From positions 19,468,001 to 19,532,000 of the forward strand of contig OX597830.1 in the NCBI GenBank assembly GCA_951406725.2: a stretch of DNA of 64,000 nt, in the 5' to 3' direction. Below the pieces are notes generated by a model, which worked only from the letters and a program-made list of their open reading frames with translations, had not been told where the DNA came from and did no database searches. The stretch is from Octopus vulgaris (Eukaryota). Shown here in pieces: positions 42,338 to 55,348 of the stretch (position 1 is the stretch's first letter; every line of letters starts with the position of its first letter). A program made the translations under genes and the position numbers.

Positions 42338-43000
42338 GATTTCTTTTGATTTGGATTTGAGAGCACTAAAAATCGAACATGCCCGTCTGGTATGAGTAAT
42401 TCCAGACAAACCATATTCGACTGCCAGTACCAACGAATTCAAAAATACAAGTGAGGCCCTGCATATTTTTGAGTATGCATTGTCTGGGAGATTTTTCTTA
42501 CAGTAGAAGAAATAGCTAAGATTTTTTGGCTGCTATTTCTAAAAAGTTCGGTGTGTGGTAAAGTAAATTATTTTACTGAACCCTATTTTTATAACGTTAT
42601 TATTGACAATATAATTATCTCTCCCTGAAGTTTAACTACAGTTTCTCTCTGTAGGAATGTATCACTCTGTAACTCACGTGGGAGGAAGGGGATGAATGCG
42701 AAGCCTCACTTGTATTTTTGAATTCGTTGGTACTGGCGGTCGAATATAGTTTGTCTGGGATTACTCATACCAGACGGGCATATATATTTATATATTTTTT
42801 CTGTTACAGTTTTTATTGAAAAGTCATTAGAGAGATTTGAGATTCGGGGGAGAATTGAGGTTCCCTCGGTGGCTCCCACAGGGATGTTTGAAACAGAGTC
42901 CGGATATGGCATCCCCTACTTCAATAAAGAGAAGTAAAACTAAAAGCAAAATATAGTTATTTAATATCAACCACATGGTTGATCCAAATCAAAAGAAATC

Positions 43001-43065
43001 TTTGAGCTGACGAAGGAAATGTTGATCTTTATATTCAACTAATCCAGAAACGGGCCGTTCTCAGG
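43001..43065 (+). ncRNA. Type I hammerhead ribozyme candidate; predicted cleavage after GUU at 43059
   Basis: UUUGAG-CUGACGA-A-GGA.aau.GUUGA[loop]UCAAC.uaa.UCC-A-GAA-ACG[ggc]CGU-U-CUCAGG. Confidence 0.68.
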
Positions 43066-43252
43066 TAATCTTATATACGTGTGATCTTTCGTTATTTTTC
43101 CCTCTATACCTGTGTGAGTTATTTTTGAGTATGCATTGTCTGGGAGATTTTTCTTACAGTAGAAGAAATAGCTAAGATTTTTTGGCTGCTATTTCTAAAA
43201 TGTCCGGTGTGTGGTAAAGTAAATTATTTTACTGAACCCTAATTTTATAACG

Positions 43253-43322
<70 letters not shown>

Positions 43323-44067
43323 ATACACATACATATATGCGTACAGGACGTCACCAACGGTGCAAATAATATTAAATACGTAAACAAACGAGGGAAAAAC
43401 AAGTGAAATACGTAAAGAGAAAAATGGAAAACAGGACAAGTAAACAAAAAGAAATGAGCCTTCATCAGTTGTCAGCTGTCTATCTACTCCTCATTTCGAG
43501 TATTTCAACATTTCAACACCTGATGCGTGGTATACTGTGCACCTGTTCAGACAACTTTGCTTTGATGGATAGAGTGAGGTAATGTGCGGCACGAGCATTT
43601 GATCACTATAAACGAATCATTTGTGCAGGTCATTTGGCAAAGGCTGAACGCACATTCATCGTCTTTGACGGGAAAGTCCATCATACAATTTAAATTGAAT
43701 AAGCATCACTAACATTTAGAGTAATGTTAATAATAAAGTGGTTAGAAAGTTTTGACATTATCGCATCCACCGTGTGTATTTTTATAGTAAGTTGTAGTTT
43801 AGAACGACAGCTCTGATCATTGAAGTTGTACTTCAATATCCTTCTGTGTGTGTATATATATATATATATATAATGCTCTTAGTTTAGTTTTTCCTTGGTG
43901 CTGGCCAGATTGGAGCAATCTCGAGTATAATCTGGAACTCGCCTGGGGAAAGAAAACTCCGAATGACTCTTCCTTATTTTCTTTGTATCATCTATCTGGA
44001 TGTTTTGTTGTCCCCTGTTTTGTATCACCTAACTGTCTGGATGTATTGCGTTCTTGTCCCATTTTTG

Positions 44068-44111
<44 letters not shown>

Positions 44112-44259
44112 CACGCACATGTGTATGTATGCATGCATGTGTCTATGTATGGATATGTCTATGTGTATGTGTATATATATGTATGTATATGCACATATAA
44201 TTTAACAACACAATAAAAAGAACATATAAGAATGCAGAAGTATCATATACTTGACTTAC

Positions 44260-44356
44260 TAAGAATATAAGGGAGATGACAGGAGTTTTCTTCCTGATGT
44301 GAAGATAGGAGAGAACCTGTGGGAGATGACCCTCCCTTGCTGCAGCAAAACTCAGC
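44260..44356 (-). CDS. SLC7A9: SLC7A9-like copy B exon (97 nt) LSFAAAREGHLPQVLSYLHIRKKTPVISLIFL
   Basis: tttag| acceptor, |gtaagt donor; lies within ORF 44143..44379. Confidence 0.94.
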
Positions 44357-44479
44357 CTAAAGATGTCAAGATAAGACATTTATAACAGTAATCATGGTAA
44401 CAATAACACATGCAATATCACAAATGTATATGTACGAGTGGGGTGGTGAAAACACCTGTATCAAGTATTGAGGGCACTA

Positions 44480-47062
44480 ACAGAAAGACATATACATCAA
44501 CCCCAGAGTTTAATCGGTACTTATCTTATCAATTCCAAAAGGATGAAAGTCAAAGTTGACCTCGGTAGAGTTTGAACTCAGAATATAAAGACAGATGAAA
44601 TGCCACTAAGAATATCACCCGGCGTTCTAATAATTCTGCCAGCTCTCCGCCTTAATAGATTTGGTAATATTCTTTTCTACTCTAGGCACAAGGCCCGAAA
44701 TTTGGGGGGAGGGGGCCAGTCGATAAGATCGATTCCAGTACGCCACTGGTATTTAATTTATCGACCCCGAAAGGATGAAAGGCGAAATAAACCTCGGCGG
44801 AGTTTGAACTCAGAACGTAGCGGCAGACGAAATACCTATTTCGTTACTACCCACAAGGGGCTAAACACAGAGAGGACAAACATAGACAGACAAACGGAAT
44901 TTGAACTCAGAACGTAGCGGCAGACGAAATACCGCTAAGCATTTCGCCCGGCGTGCTAACGTTTCTGCCAGCTCGTCGCCTTATCTTTGATATAAATATT
45001 ATTTCCTACACTAGGCACAAGGCCCTAAATTTGGGGAGAGGGAGCCAGTCGATTAGGTCGACAACAGAACGCAATTGGTATTTAATTTATCGACCCCTAA
45101 AGGATGATAGACGAAGTCAACCTCGGTGGAATTTGAACTCAGAATGTAAAGACAGACGAAATACCTATTTCTTTACTACCCACAAGGGGCTAAACACAGA
45201 GGGGACAAACAAGGACAGACAAGGGGATTAAGCCGATTACATCGACCCCAGTGCGTAACTGGTACTTAATTTATCAACCTCGAAAGGATGAAAGGCAAAG
45301 TCGACCTCGGCGGAATTTGAACTCAGAACGTAGCGGCAGACGAAATACCGCTAAGCATTTCGCCCGGCGTGCTAACGTTCCTGCTAGTTCACCGCCTTAT
45401 AGATTTGGTAATATTACAACTCCAAATTAAAATAAGTATCAGTTGAGTGCTGGGGTCGATGTAATCGATTTTCCCCTTCACCCGAATTTGCTGGCCTCGT
45501 GTCAAAATTTTAAACCGATATTACTGTTCTAAATATTTTGTAATATTACTGCTAAATGGCAAAATCGTTTGCATGCCGGGCAAAATGCTTAGCGGCCTTT
45601 CATCCGTCTGTACGTTTTGAGTTCAAATTTCGCTGAGGTCGAATTCACCTTTCATCCTTTTGGAGGTCAATTGAATAAGTACCAGAATAAGAACACTGGG
45701 GTAGATCTAATCAACTTAACCCCTCCCCCAAAATTACTGGCCTTGTGCCAAAATTCGAAATCAGTATTACTGCTCCAAATAAATTGCAAGAACCTACATG
45801 CAGAAAATATGAAAATATTTTGATAATCATGTAAAAAACTTCACTGCCATTACCGTCATCATTGACATCATCTTCACCTATTTCTATATTGCCCACAAGG
45901 GGATAAACATAGAGGGGATAAACAAGGACAGACAAGAGGATTAAGTCGCTTACATCGACCCCAGTGCGTAACTAGTACTTAATTTATCGACCCCGAAAGG
46001 ATGAAAGGCAAAGTCGATCTCGGCGGAATTTGAACTCAGAACGTAACGGCAGACGAAATTTTCGCTAAGCATTTCGCCCGGCGTGCTAACGATTCTGCCA
46101 GTTCGCCGCCTGCAGTTTGCCATCTTCAACACCACCATCGTCACTTTCTCATCATCCCCACCTCCATCTTCAATAATATAACCATCGTCATCAACGTTGT
46201 TACCATTGTTAGCATGACACAAAATACGAGCTGGAAACCTATACTCACCGCGCGGATGCAAAACAAGCTCCGTTTGCTGCCCCAAAGATTGATATGGCCA
46301 CGGAAATTGGTAATATGATGGCAGCAGCCCCAAGAACTCGATCAGCCCATAACTGGAAAAAAATAAATATTCTCTTGAAATTTGCGTCTTGAAGAATTTT
46401 TTGTCTGTCTTTTGTTTTGCTTTTGATTCATTAATTAAAAACAAAAATAAAAACAACAAAATAACTTCAACAACAACAACACATAGTGGAGGCGCAATGG
46501 CCCAGTGGGTAGGGCTGCGGACTCGCGGTCGTAAAAATGCGGTTTCAATTCCCAGACCGGGCATTGTGAGTGTTTATTGAGCAAAAACACCTGCAGAACT
46601 TCGACTGCAGAATTTGACTGGTACTCATTCTATCGACCCTGAATGGGTGAAAGGTAAAGTCTACCTCAGTGGAATTTGAACTCAGAGCGTAAAGACAGAT
46701 GAAATGCTGCTGCACATTTTGTTTAGCGTGCTAATGGTTCTGCCTGCTCATCATCTTTCAAAGAAAGGATGAAAGGCAAAGTCGACCTCGGTGGAATTTG
46801 AACTCAGAACGTAGCGGCAGACGAAATACCTATTTCTTTATTACCCACAAGGGGTTAAACACAGAGGGGACAAACAAGGACAGACATAGGTATTAAGTCG
46901 ATTACATCGACCCCAGTGCGTAACTGGTACTTAATTTATCGACCCCGAAAGGATGAAAGGCAAAGTCGACCTCGGCGGAATTTGAACTCAGAACGTAGCG
47001 GCAGACGAAATACCGCTAAGCATTTCGCCCGGCGTGCTAACGATCCTGCCAATTCGCCGCTT
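44480..47062 (-). mobile_element. Dense cluster of about ten full or partial GGCGGCGAGCTGGCAGAA-family SINE units around the copy B TM8 exon
   Basis: Repeated ggaatttgaactcagaacgta and aggatgaaaggcaaagtcgacc units, several head-to-tail; one copy on + (~45555-45760). Confidence 0.8.
46249..46352 (-). CDS. SLC7A9: SLC7A9-like copy B exon (104 nt; TM8) LWADRVLGAAAIILPISVAISIFGAANGACFASAR
   Basis: ttccag| acceptor, CG|gtgagt donor. Confidence 0.93.
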
Positions 47063-47304
47063 TAATTAAATGATAAATAATGACTCATTGCATGAGAGTT
47101 GGTTTTCATTGCAGAAAGCATTTTATGGTTCAAAGATGAATTTTCATTGGATAGGCTTTGAAAAGATCAAATATACAACTTTCTTTCATCAATAATTTTC
47201 ACATCAGTTTAAACATGGTGGAGGACGGTTTATATGTCTATGTATACTTGGAACTACTAAGGAGAGTTAGGACTACACACTGCAGGAGGTAGTATGTGTG
47301 TGTG

Positions 47305-47343
<39 letters not shown>

Positions 47344-47987
47344 AGGCGCAATGTCCCAGTGGTTAGGGCAGCGGACTCGCGGTCATAGGATTGCGGTTTC
47401 GATTCCCAGACCGGGCGTTGTGAGTGTTTATTGTACTCTTTCACCACAACTTTCTCTCACTCTTACTTCCTGTTTCTGTTGTACCTGTATTTCAAAGGGC
47501 CGGCCTTGTCACTCTTTGTGTCACGCTGAATATCCCCGAGAACTACGTTAAGGGTACACGTGTCTGTGGAGTGCTCAGCCACTTAGATGTTACTTTCACG
47601 AGCAGGCTGTTCCGTTGATTCGGATCAACCGGAACCCTCGTCGTCGTAACCGACGGAGTGCTTCAAAAAAAAAAAAAAAATGTGTGTGTGTGCACGTACA
47701 CTTGTGTCTGCATATAACAGAGCCTATAAGTGAATGATTATAAATCTGGACAAAATGTTTTGAGTTCTCTGCATACCAGGTGGACAATATTGTTTAAATT
47801 GGTAAAGAACTCCGCATATTCTTGTGGCAGGGTCCGAGCTTATCGTTCATCACCATTCTGTACAGTAATCCATAGTTGTGTTCCAGTTATACTGTTTTTT
47901 TTTGTTTTTTTTTTTACAGAGTGATATATAAGACAAGACATAAATTTACAACAATAAAAAAATGTAACAACCATTATTTATGCCTTG

Positions 47988-48066
<79 letters not shown>

Positions 48067-48067
48067 G

Positions 48068-48450
48068 TGGAGGCGCAATGGCCCAGTGGTTAGAGCAGCG
48101 TACTCGCGGTCGTAGGATCGCAGTTTCGATTCCCAGACCGGGCGTTGTGAGTGTTTATTGAGCGAAAGCACCTAAAGCTCCATGAGGCTCCGGCAGGGGA
48201 TGGTGGTGATCCCTGCTGTACTCTTTCACCACAACTTTCTCTCACTCTTACTTCCTGTTTCTGTTGTACCTGTATTTCAAAGGGCCGGCCTTGTCACTCT
48301 TTGTGTCACGCTGAATATCCCCGAGAACTACGTTAAGGGTACACGTGTCTGTGGAGTGCTCAGCCACTTACACGTTAATTTCACGAGCAGTCTGTTCCGT
48401 TGATTCGGATCAACCGGAACCCTCGTCGTCGTAACCGACGGAGTGCTTCC
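48068..48450 (+). mobile_element. tRNA-derived SINE (GGAGGCGCAATGGCCCAGTGG family); internally deleted near-copy at 47341-47665
   Basis: tRNA-like head with TGGCCCAGTGG A box and TTCGATTCC B box; both copies follow (GT)n. Confidence 0.8.
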
Positions 48451-49129
48451 TCCAAGTGTGTGTGTGAGCCATAAAAATCAGGAGGCATGTGAGGTGAACA
48501 TTTATAGCCACTTGACATTCTTAGGGTTAAGGCTGTTTCGCAGCCTTCATGTAGTAATAATTTCAGTTTGGGAGAAATTATACTTACACTTTGGTTTACA
48601 TAATACAATACAATTGTCTATTCACAAATCAATGCAAGTAAAGAAGGCTAGCTCATCAGATCACTAGAACATCGTGATTACACCAATGATTCAACTCGTT
48701 GGTATATTGATAGGGCGGCGAGCTGGCAGAATCGTTAGCACGCCGGGCGAAATGCCTAGTGGTATTTCGTCTGCCGCTACGTTCTGAGTTCAAATTCCGC
48801 CGAGGTAGACTTTGCCTTTCATCCTTTCGGGATCGATTAAATAAGTACCAGTTACGCACTGGGGTCGATGTAATCGACTTAGTCCGTTTGTCTGTCCTTG
48901 TTTGTCCTTTCTGTGTTTAGCCCTTTGTGGGTAGTAAAGAAATAGGTATATATTGATATAGGTATCACTGTGTGGTTTAGTAGTTTGCTTCCTCATCGCA
49001 TAGATTTGAATTCAGTTCCATTGTGCAGAGCCTAGAGCAAATGGCTTCTGCTATAGCCCCAAGCCAAACAGAGCCCTGCACGTGATTTTGAAAGATGAAA
49101 CTGAAAGAAACCTACCACAATGCCGTTCA

Positions 49130-49320
49130 TTGCGACAGAGAAAACTTTTATTGCCATCAGACGTAACAACTCTCCAAACTTTCTCCAGCCTGTTCTTACC
49201 TTGGTTACTATCCTTTCAGAACATCCTCCACCACTGTTAACTGAGTCACCGACGTAACAGAAACTATCTCCTACCACCAGGATTTCTCTTGGGTAACTGT
49301 GAGCATCTATTTCCTGTGGA
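49130..49320 (-). mobile_element. Small RTE-like LINE remnant
   Basis: DSFCYVGD..SGGGCS..RTGWRKFGELL resembles the RT thumb region. Confidence 0.6.
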
Positions 49321-50457
49321 GGCACAAGCTTAGTGGTTAGAGTGTTGGATTCACGGATCGTAGCACACTGGTTTCGATTCCTGGACCACGCAGTGTGTTG
49401 TGTTCTTGAACAATACCCTTCATTTCACATTGCTCCAATCCACTGAGCTGGTAAAAACGAGTAATCCTGCAATGAAGGGAAACAAACCCTTACAGAGTAA
49501 TGTGACCTACCCCTCACCATCTCCTGTGCACTCTTGGTGTATATTACTCTTGTGCATCTTCCACAAACTATTATCCTGCTCATGATTCCATTACATCCTT
49601 GTCTGTCCATAGTTTGCATCAGATGTATGGAATGGCTATCTATTCTTTCCCTTCACATTGAACAGAGTCACTTACTCGATGGTAGTAAGATCCTGTCTGT
49701 GTTGTTACTAACAAATGATTTAGTCTTTACTAAGTTACCTATTTCTTTACTACCCACAAGGGGCTAAACACAGAGAGGACAAACAAGGACAGACAAACGG
49801 ATTAAGTCGATTATATCGACCCCAGTGCGTAACTGGTACTTATTTAATCGACCCCGAAAGGATGAAAGGCAAAGTCGACCTCGGCGGAGTTTGAACTCAG
49901 AACGTAGCAGCAGACGAAATACGGCTAAGCATTTCGCCCGACGCGCTAACGTTTCTGCCAGCTCGCCGCCAAAGTTACCTTTGAGACTTTCTATTCCAGG
50001 CCTTCCTTCCAGCCTCTGAATTTTTTTCTCTAATCCTGCTACAAAAGTCAGCTATAACAACAAAATCATGAGAATAAAAGAGTTCTCATAGCCCTGCAGA
50101 GGTGCATGGCTTAGTGGTTAGTGCGTTTGGACTCAAGGTCGTAAGATTGTCGTTTCAATTCCTGAACTGGGTGATGCATTGTGATGTTGAGCAAGATACT
50201 TCATCTCCAATTGTTCTAGTCTACTCAGCTGATAAAAATGAGTAGTTCTGTGACGGACCAGCATCTTATCCAGGGAGGAATATATATCTTCCAGAGATAG
50301 TGAGGAAACTGGCCTTATGCTCCTTATAGAGTAATGTGGACAAGCCCCTTTGGTATCTCGTCTTAAACTTCTCCATTATGGTTTGAAGGACTATGACAAA
50401 CAGAAGAGTGTGCACTGAGCTTTGGTAGTTCATACCCGCACACTAAATTCTCTGTAA

Positions 50458-50498
<41 letters not shown>

Positions 50499-51207
50499 TG
50501 GTGGCATGCACTGTAACAGTGTGTCACTGCAGCCATTGTTTGATGGTGGTCCCTTTCTCCTGGTGGATAACACCTTTGCACCACTCAAGCGACAACTCTC
50601 CAACCCATGGGTATGTTTGGGTAGTCGTTGCTGGTAAGGGTTTTTTTTTCAAGGCTGGAGTGCAAATCCTACCTCAGCCTCTTTTAGCTGTCTTTTATGA
50701 CATTCAGGAGGAAACGGGTCTATTTTTTGACATGCTAGTCCCCACACTAAATTAGAGCAACTTTAAATGAAGTGTTTTGCTCAAGCACACAACATGTCAC
50801 CTGGTCCATGAATTGAACCTATGATCTGGCGATCAGGAGTGCAACACCCTAACCACTAGGCCACGTGCTTTCACTATAATTGTCGCTAACTCTCACCTTT
50901 TGACAGCACCGCTGTACATGGTTTGTACGGCTCTCACAAGCCATTCATTTACTTCCAGCTTCCCCAGTCCCCACCAGATCACTGAGCAGAGGACTCTGTT
51001 GAATATTATTGTTGAGAATAATGACAAACAAGACAAAGTGAAAGCAGAATGTAATGATAATTAGTTTGGCACACAATGAGAGATAAGAAAAGTAAAGTGT
51101 CTTTAACATTTTGAGCTTACACTCTTTATCACAAAGTCAGATGGAGGAAAAAAAAAATAAACCCAGAGTATATAAGCTTGGTATGTTAGTGCATGGCATG
51201 TGTGTGT

Positions 51208-51272
<65 letters not shown>

Positions 51273-51413
51273 CGTGTGTGGGTATGGTTGGGTGTGTAAG
51301 ATGCCATGCCTCTTTGATTGTGGAGGCAGAAAAACTTTAAAATTAAATGCATGGTATAAATGCGTTTATCCTCTATGGCAATACGTTCAATAGGAAGTAA
51401 AAGAACAACATAC

Positions 51414-51537
51414 CCCACCGACTATAGCTGATTGCAAGAGCTCCCGTTTTGTCATGACAGCAAGATACGAGACATTCATCAGAAGATACAGAACGGTGAC
51501 AAGGGGAATCCCAATCATTATTGCCAGTGGTAAATTT
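51414..51537 (-). CDS. SLC7A9: SLC7A9-like copy B exon (124 nt; TM7) [41 protein letters not shown]
   Basis: tatag| acceptor, GGG|gtatgt donor. Confidence 0.93.
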
Positions 51538-51997
51538 CTATAACGAAATATCAGAATACATACATTTTACAAAGGAGGAATACTTACATTATTTGGCATG
51601 GAAATGTCTTTCATATATAATTATATATGTGTATACATGGAAATGTCTTATATATATGTATATATATCTGCGATTATTTGGTAAACGCTGCCGAATTTTA
51701 CACTTCTGTAAATAACGATAATAATATTTATAAGCTTAAAGCTTTTAATCGATCACCCTGCATTGGTTAAGGTAAATGGTCTAATATTGGGGCATATAAA
51801 CCCTTCACGAAAAAAAAAACAGGGTTTGCTGTATGCATGGGACTCGAATCCATAGCACTATATATTCGCGACAAGCATGCTAACCATTACACTAACGTAC
51901 ACTCCCGTTTCTTTTTTTTAGCTTCAAATTGAAGAATTAACACTTCATAATGTTACTTTTTTTATAAACAAACTTTTCCCTGTGCGTTTTCTGCGAT

Positions 51998-52102
<105 letters not shown>

Positions 52103-52529
52103 AGAAAATACAGGAGGATCAGTTAATTATGATTTTCTTCAAAATATTCTTCTCTCAGATTCACACTTTTATTGCAGCGATCCTTCAGTTTTTCTAAGAT
52201 CGGTAAAAGAAGTCGGTTGGGCCTCCAGCTCAGTCTTTCGCGATACCCTCAAAGCCAGGAACATTTACATCCACTGATATTGTTAATTGTTATCATCATA
52301 ATTTTAATGTCAACTTTTCTTACATTTGCACAGGTGTGATGAAATTCACTGAAGCAGCTTTTTAAGGTCAGGTGTGTTTTCCGTGGTCAAACTCACCTGT
52401 TTCTAGCGAGGCTCTATTTCTGAATGGCCGGGCATGTTTTCATGGCAGACTGGAAAAGAGGGACACCGCTTGTATGACAGTGATGCTTGCTTGCATATAC
52501 CGTGTGATTTTACGACAAAGAGACACATA

Positions 52530-52617
<88 letters not shown>

Positions 52618-52934
52618 ATCTTCATCACCATCAACATTTAATGTCAATGTTTCATGATGGTATGGGTTGAAAGGTTTGGCAGGAACTGCTGTGTCTAAGG
52701 ACTGCATCAAGCTCCAGTGTCTGCTTCGGCACAGTTTTTAATTATAAATATTAAAGAACAATAAGGGAATAGAATTAACGATATCCATAAATTAAATTTA
52801 ATTATGAAATTAGCATATTAAATAATAGAACAAAACCGCATTATTAACGACAAGCGGGACCCGTGAATATTGCACAGAATTAATGGTAAGCCTATTGGGT
52901 TGTTTCTGAAAACTTTACCTAAAAACCTGAAAGC

Positions 52935-53147
52935 GTAGCCTGTGCTGTGTCTGTATGGCACAGTTTTTATGCCAACCACTTTACAGCGTGGGCTTTTAGT
53001 CCTGCAAACTTGTAGCCCTGCTTGGCTTGTAGTCTTTCAAACTGCATGGCGACCTTAGTGGTGTGGTTGACACAAAAAAAAGCACCCAGCCCACGCTGTA
53101 AAGTGGTTGGCATAAAAACTGTGCCATATAGACACAACACAGGCTAC
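52935..53147. repeat. 60-bp inverted repeat with 93-nt spacer
   Basis: 52935-52994 pairs with 53088-53147 with about two mismatches. Confidence 0.85.
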
Positions 53148-53156
53148 ACTGATGCT

Positions 53157-53482
53157 GTGAAGGCGCGTGGCTTAGTGGTTAGGGCATTCGGCTCACGATT
53201 GTAAGGTCGTGAGTTCGATTCCAAGCGACGCGTTGTGTCCTTGAGCAAGACACTTTATTTCATGTTGCTCCAGTCCACTCAGCTGACAAAAATGAACTGT
53301 ACCTGTATTTCAAAGGGCCAGCCTTGTCACACTGTGTGTCACGCTGAATCTCCCTAAGAACTACGTTAAGGTTACACGTGTCTGTGGAGTGCTCAGCCAC
53401 TTGCACGTTAATTTCACGAGCAGGCTGTTCCGTTGATCGTATCAGCTGGGACCCTCGTCGTCGTAACCGACGGAGTACTCCT
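53157..53482 (+). mobile_element. tRNA-derived SINE with 12-bp TSD
   Basis: TSD TACACTGATGCT at 53145-53156 and 53483-53494; TGGCTTAGTGG and GTTCGATTCC boxes; relatives at 20705-21030, 37575-37886 and 38900-39230. Confidence 0.85.
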
Positions 53483-53980
53483 TACACTGATGCTATCCAA
53501 GGGAAAGGCAAAGACCGATACAGTTTGGCACCAGTGATGTCGCAACTCATTTCTACAGCTGAGTTAACTGGAGCAACATGAAATAAAGTGTTTTGCTCAA
53601 GAACACAACACGCAGCCTGATCAGGGAATCGAACTCACAATGTTACGATCGTAAGCTCGACGCTCTAACCACTGAGCCATGCGCTTTCACTCATTCACCA
53701 ATGACAAGTAGAATTATGAGATTTACAGAATTGTAAGGATCAACACTGCTTACCAAAAGCCATCATATATATATATATATATAAATATTACATTAATATA
53801 AAAGGGCTTAGTAAAATAAATTACTTTGCCACTTACTGAACTCATTAGAAATAGCAGCCAAAAAAGTTTTTTAGGTATTTCTAATACTTAAAGAAAATTT
53901 CTCTCAGATAGTGTTTACTCAGAATAACCCACGAAGGTATGGGGGTAAAAAACATTAAAAAATCACAACTGCAAAGATTA

Positions 53981-54043
53981 TTTGAGAACGTTACGTTTCT
54001 AGATCAGCCAAATAAAATTCGACATTTCTTTCGTCAGCCCAAA
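53981..54043 (-). ncRNA. Type I hammerhead ribozyme candidate (left arm of foldback)
   Basis: Reverse complement of 54640-54702. Confidence 0.68.
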
Positions 54044-54639
54044 ATTTCTTAATTTGGATTTGGAAACACTGAAAGTAGGAACATACCCTTTTGGCGACTT
54101 AACACCTCAGACGACCCGCTCAAACTGACAGTGCCAACAAATTCAAAATATGCAAGCGAAGAATTCCTGTTCTCCCTTTCCACCCACGTGGGCTAAACTA
54201 GCAAACACCATATTTTAGCGGTGAAAACCGAGGCAATAAACAGAGAGAAATGAATTATAATTTCAACAATTGAGGGTAAAATTAATTAGTTATTAATCAA
54301 TTTCACCAAGTATTCAGTATGTAAAAGGACCATTTAAGGCGAATTCAAAATATTACTTTTACATACTGAATACTTGGTGAAATTGATTAATAACTAATTA
54401 ATTTTACCCTCAATTGTTGAAATTATAATTCATTTCTCTCTGTTTATTGCCTCGGTTTTCACCGCTAAAATATGGTGTTTGCTAGTTTAGCCCACGTGGG
54501 TGGAAAGGGAGAACAGGAATTCTTCGCTTGCATATTTTGAATTTGTTGGCACTGTCAGTTTGAGCGGGTCGTCTGAGGTGTTAAGTCGCCAAAAGGGTAT
54601 GTTCCTACTTTCAGTGTTTCCAAATCCAAATTAAGACAT

Positions 54640-54702
54640 TTTGGGCTGACGAAAGAAATGTCGAATTTTATTTGGCTGATCTAGAAACGTAACGTTCTCA
54701 AA
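54640..54702 (+). ncRNA. Type I hammerhead ribozyme candidate; predicted cleavage after GUU at 54696
   Basis: UUUGGG-CUGACGA-A-AGA.aau.GUCGAA[uuuua]UUUGGC.uga.UCU-A-GAA-ACG[uaa]CGU-U-CUCAAA. Confidence 0.68.
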
Positions 54703-55100
54703 TAATCTTTGCAGTTGTGATTTTTTAATGTTTTTTACCCCCATACCTTCGTGGGTTATTCTGAGTAAACACTATCTGAGAGAAATTTTCTTTAAGTATT
54801 AGAAATACCTAAAAAACTTTTTTGGCTGCTATTTCTAATGAGTTCAGTAAGTGGCAAAGTAATTTATTTTACTAAGCCCTTTTATATTAATGTAATATTT
54901 TGAATTCGCCTTAAATGGTCCTTTTACATACTGAATACTTGGTGAAATTGATTAATAACTAATTAATTTTACCCTCAATTGTTGAAATATATATATATAT
55001 ATATATAAGTTCAGTAAAATTTAGATTATATATATATATACATACATACATACATACATACATGCACACACACACACACATCTATCTATTTATCTATCTA

Positions 55101-55136
<36 letters not shown>

Positions 55137-55245
55137 TTCAGCAAAATTTAGATTATATATATACATACATACATACATACATGCACACACACACACACAC
55201 ACACATCTATCTATTTATCTATCTATCTATCTATCTATCTATATA

Positions 55246-55348
<103 letters not shown>

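Larger units (their letters stand above)
41988..43255. mobile_element. Rearranged hammerhead-bearing non-coding repeat (retrozyme/Penelope pLTR-like) with inverted segments
   Basis: Homologous to 53783-54988 (e.g. ttcagtatgtaaaa, gtaaaataa.ttacttt, tagaaatagcagccaaaaaa); both ends lie in (TA)n. Confidence 0.72.
53783..54988. mobile_element. Foldback insertion of a 565-bp hammerhead-bearing monomer (544-bp arms, 30-nt loop)
   Basis: 53783-54326 is the reverse complement of 54357-54900 (one mismatch seen); 565-bp periodicity in each arm; (TA)n flanks. Confidence 0.85.

Noticed and set aside
45950-46564. 204-aa minus-strand ORF
   Set aside because: Chimera of two SINEs and the TM8 exon read in the wrong frame
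53159-53235. tRNA-like sequences with A and B boxes (also 20705, 47341, 48068 and others)
   Set aside because: SINE heads that continue into shared SINE bodies, some with TSDs; no clean cloverleaf acceptor stem
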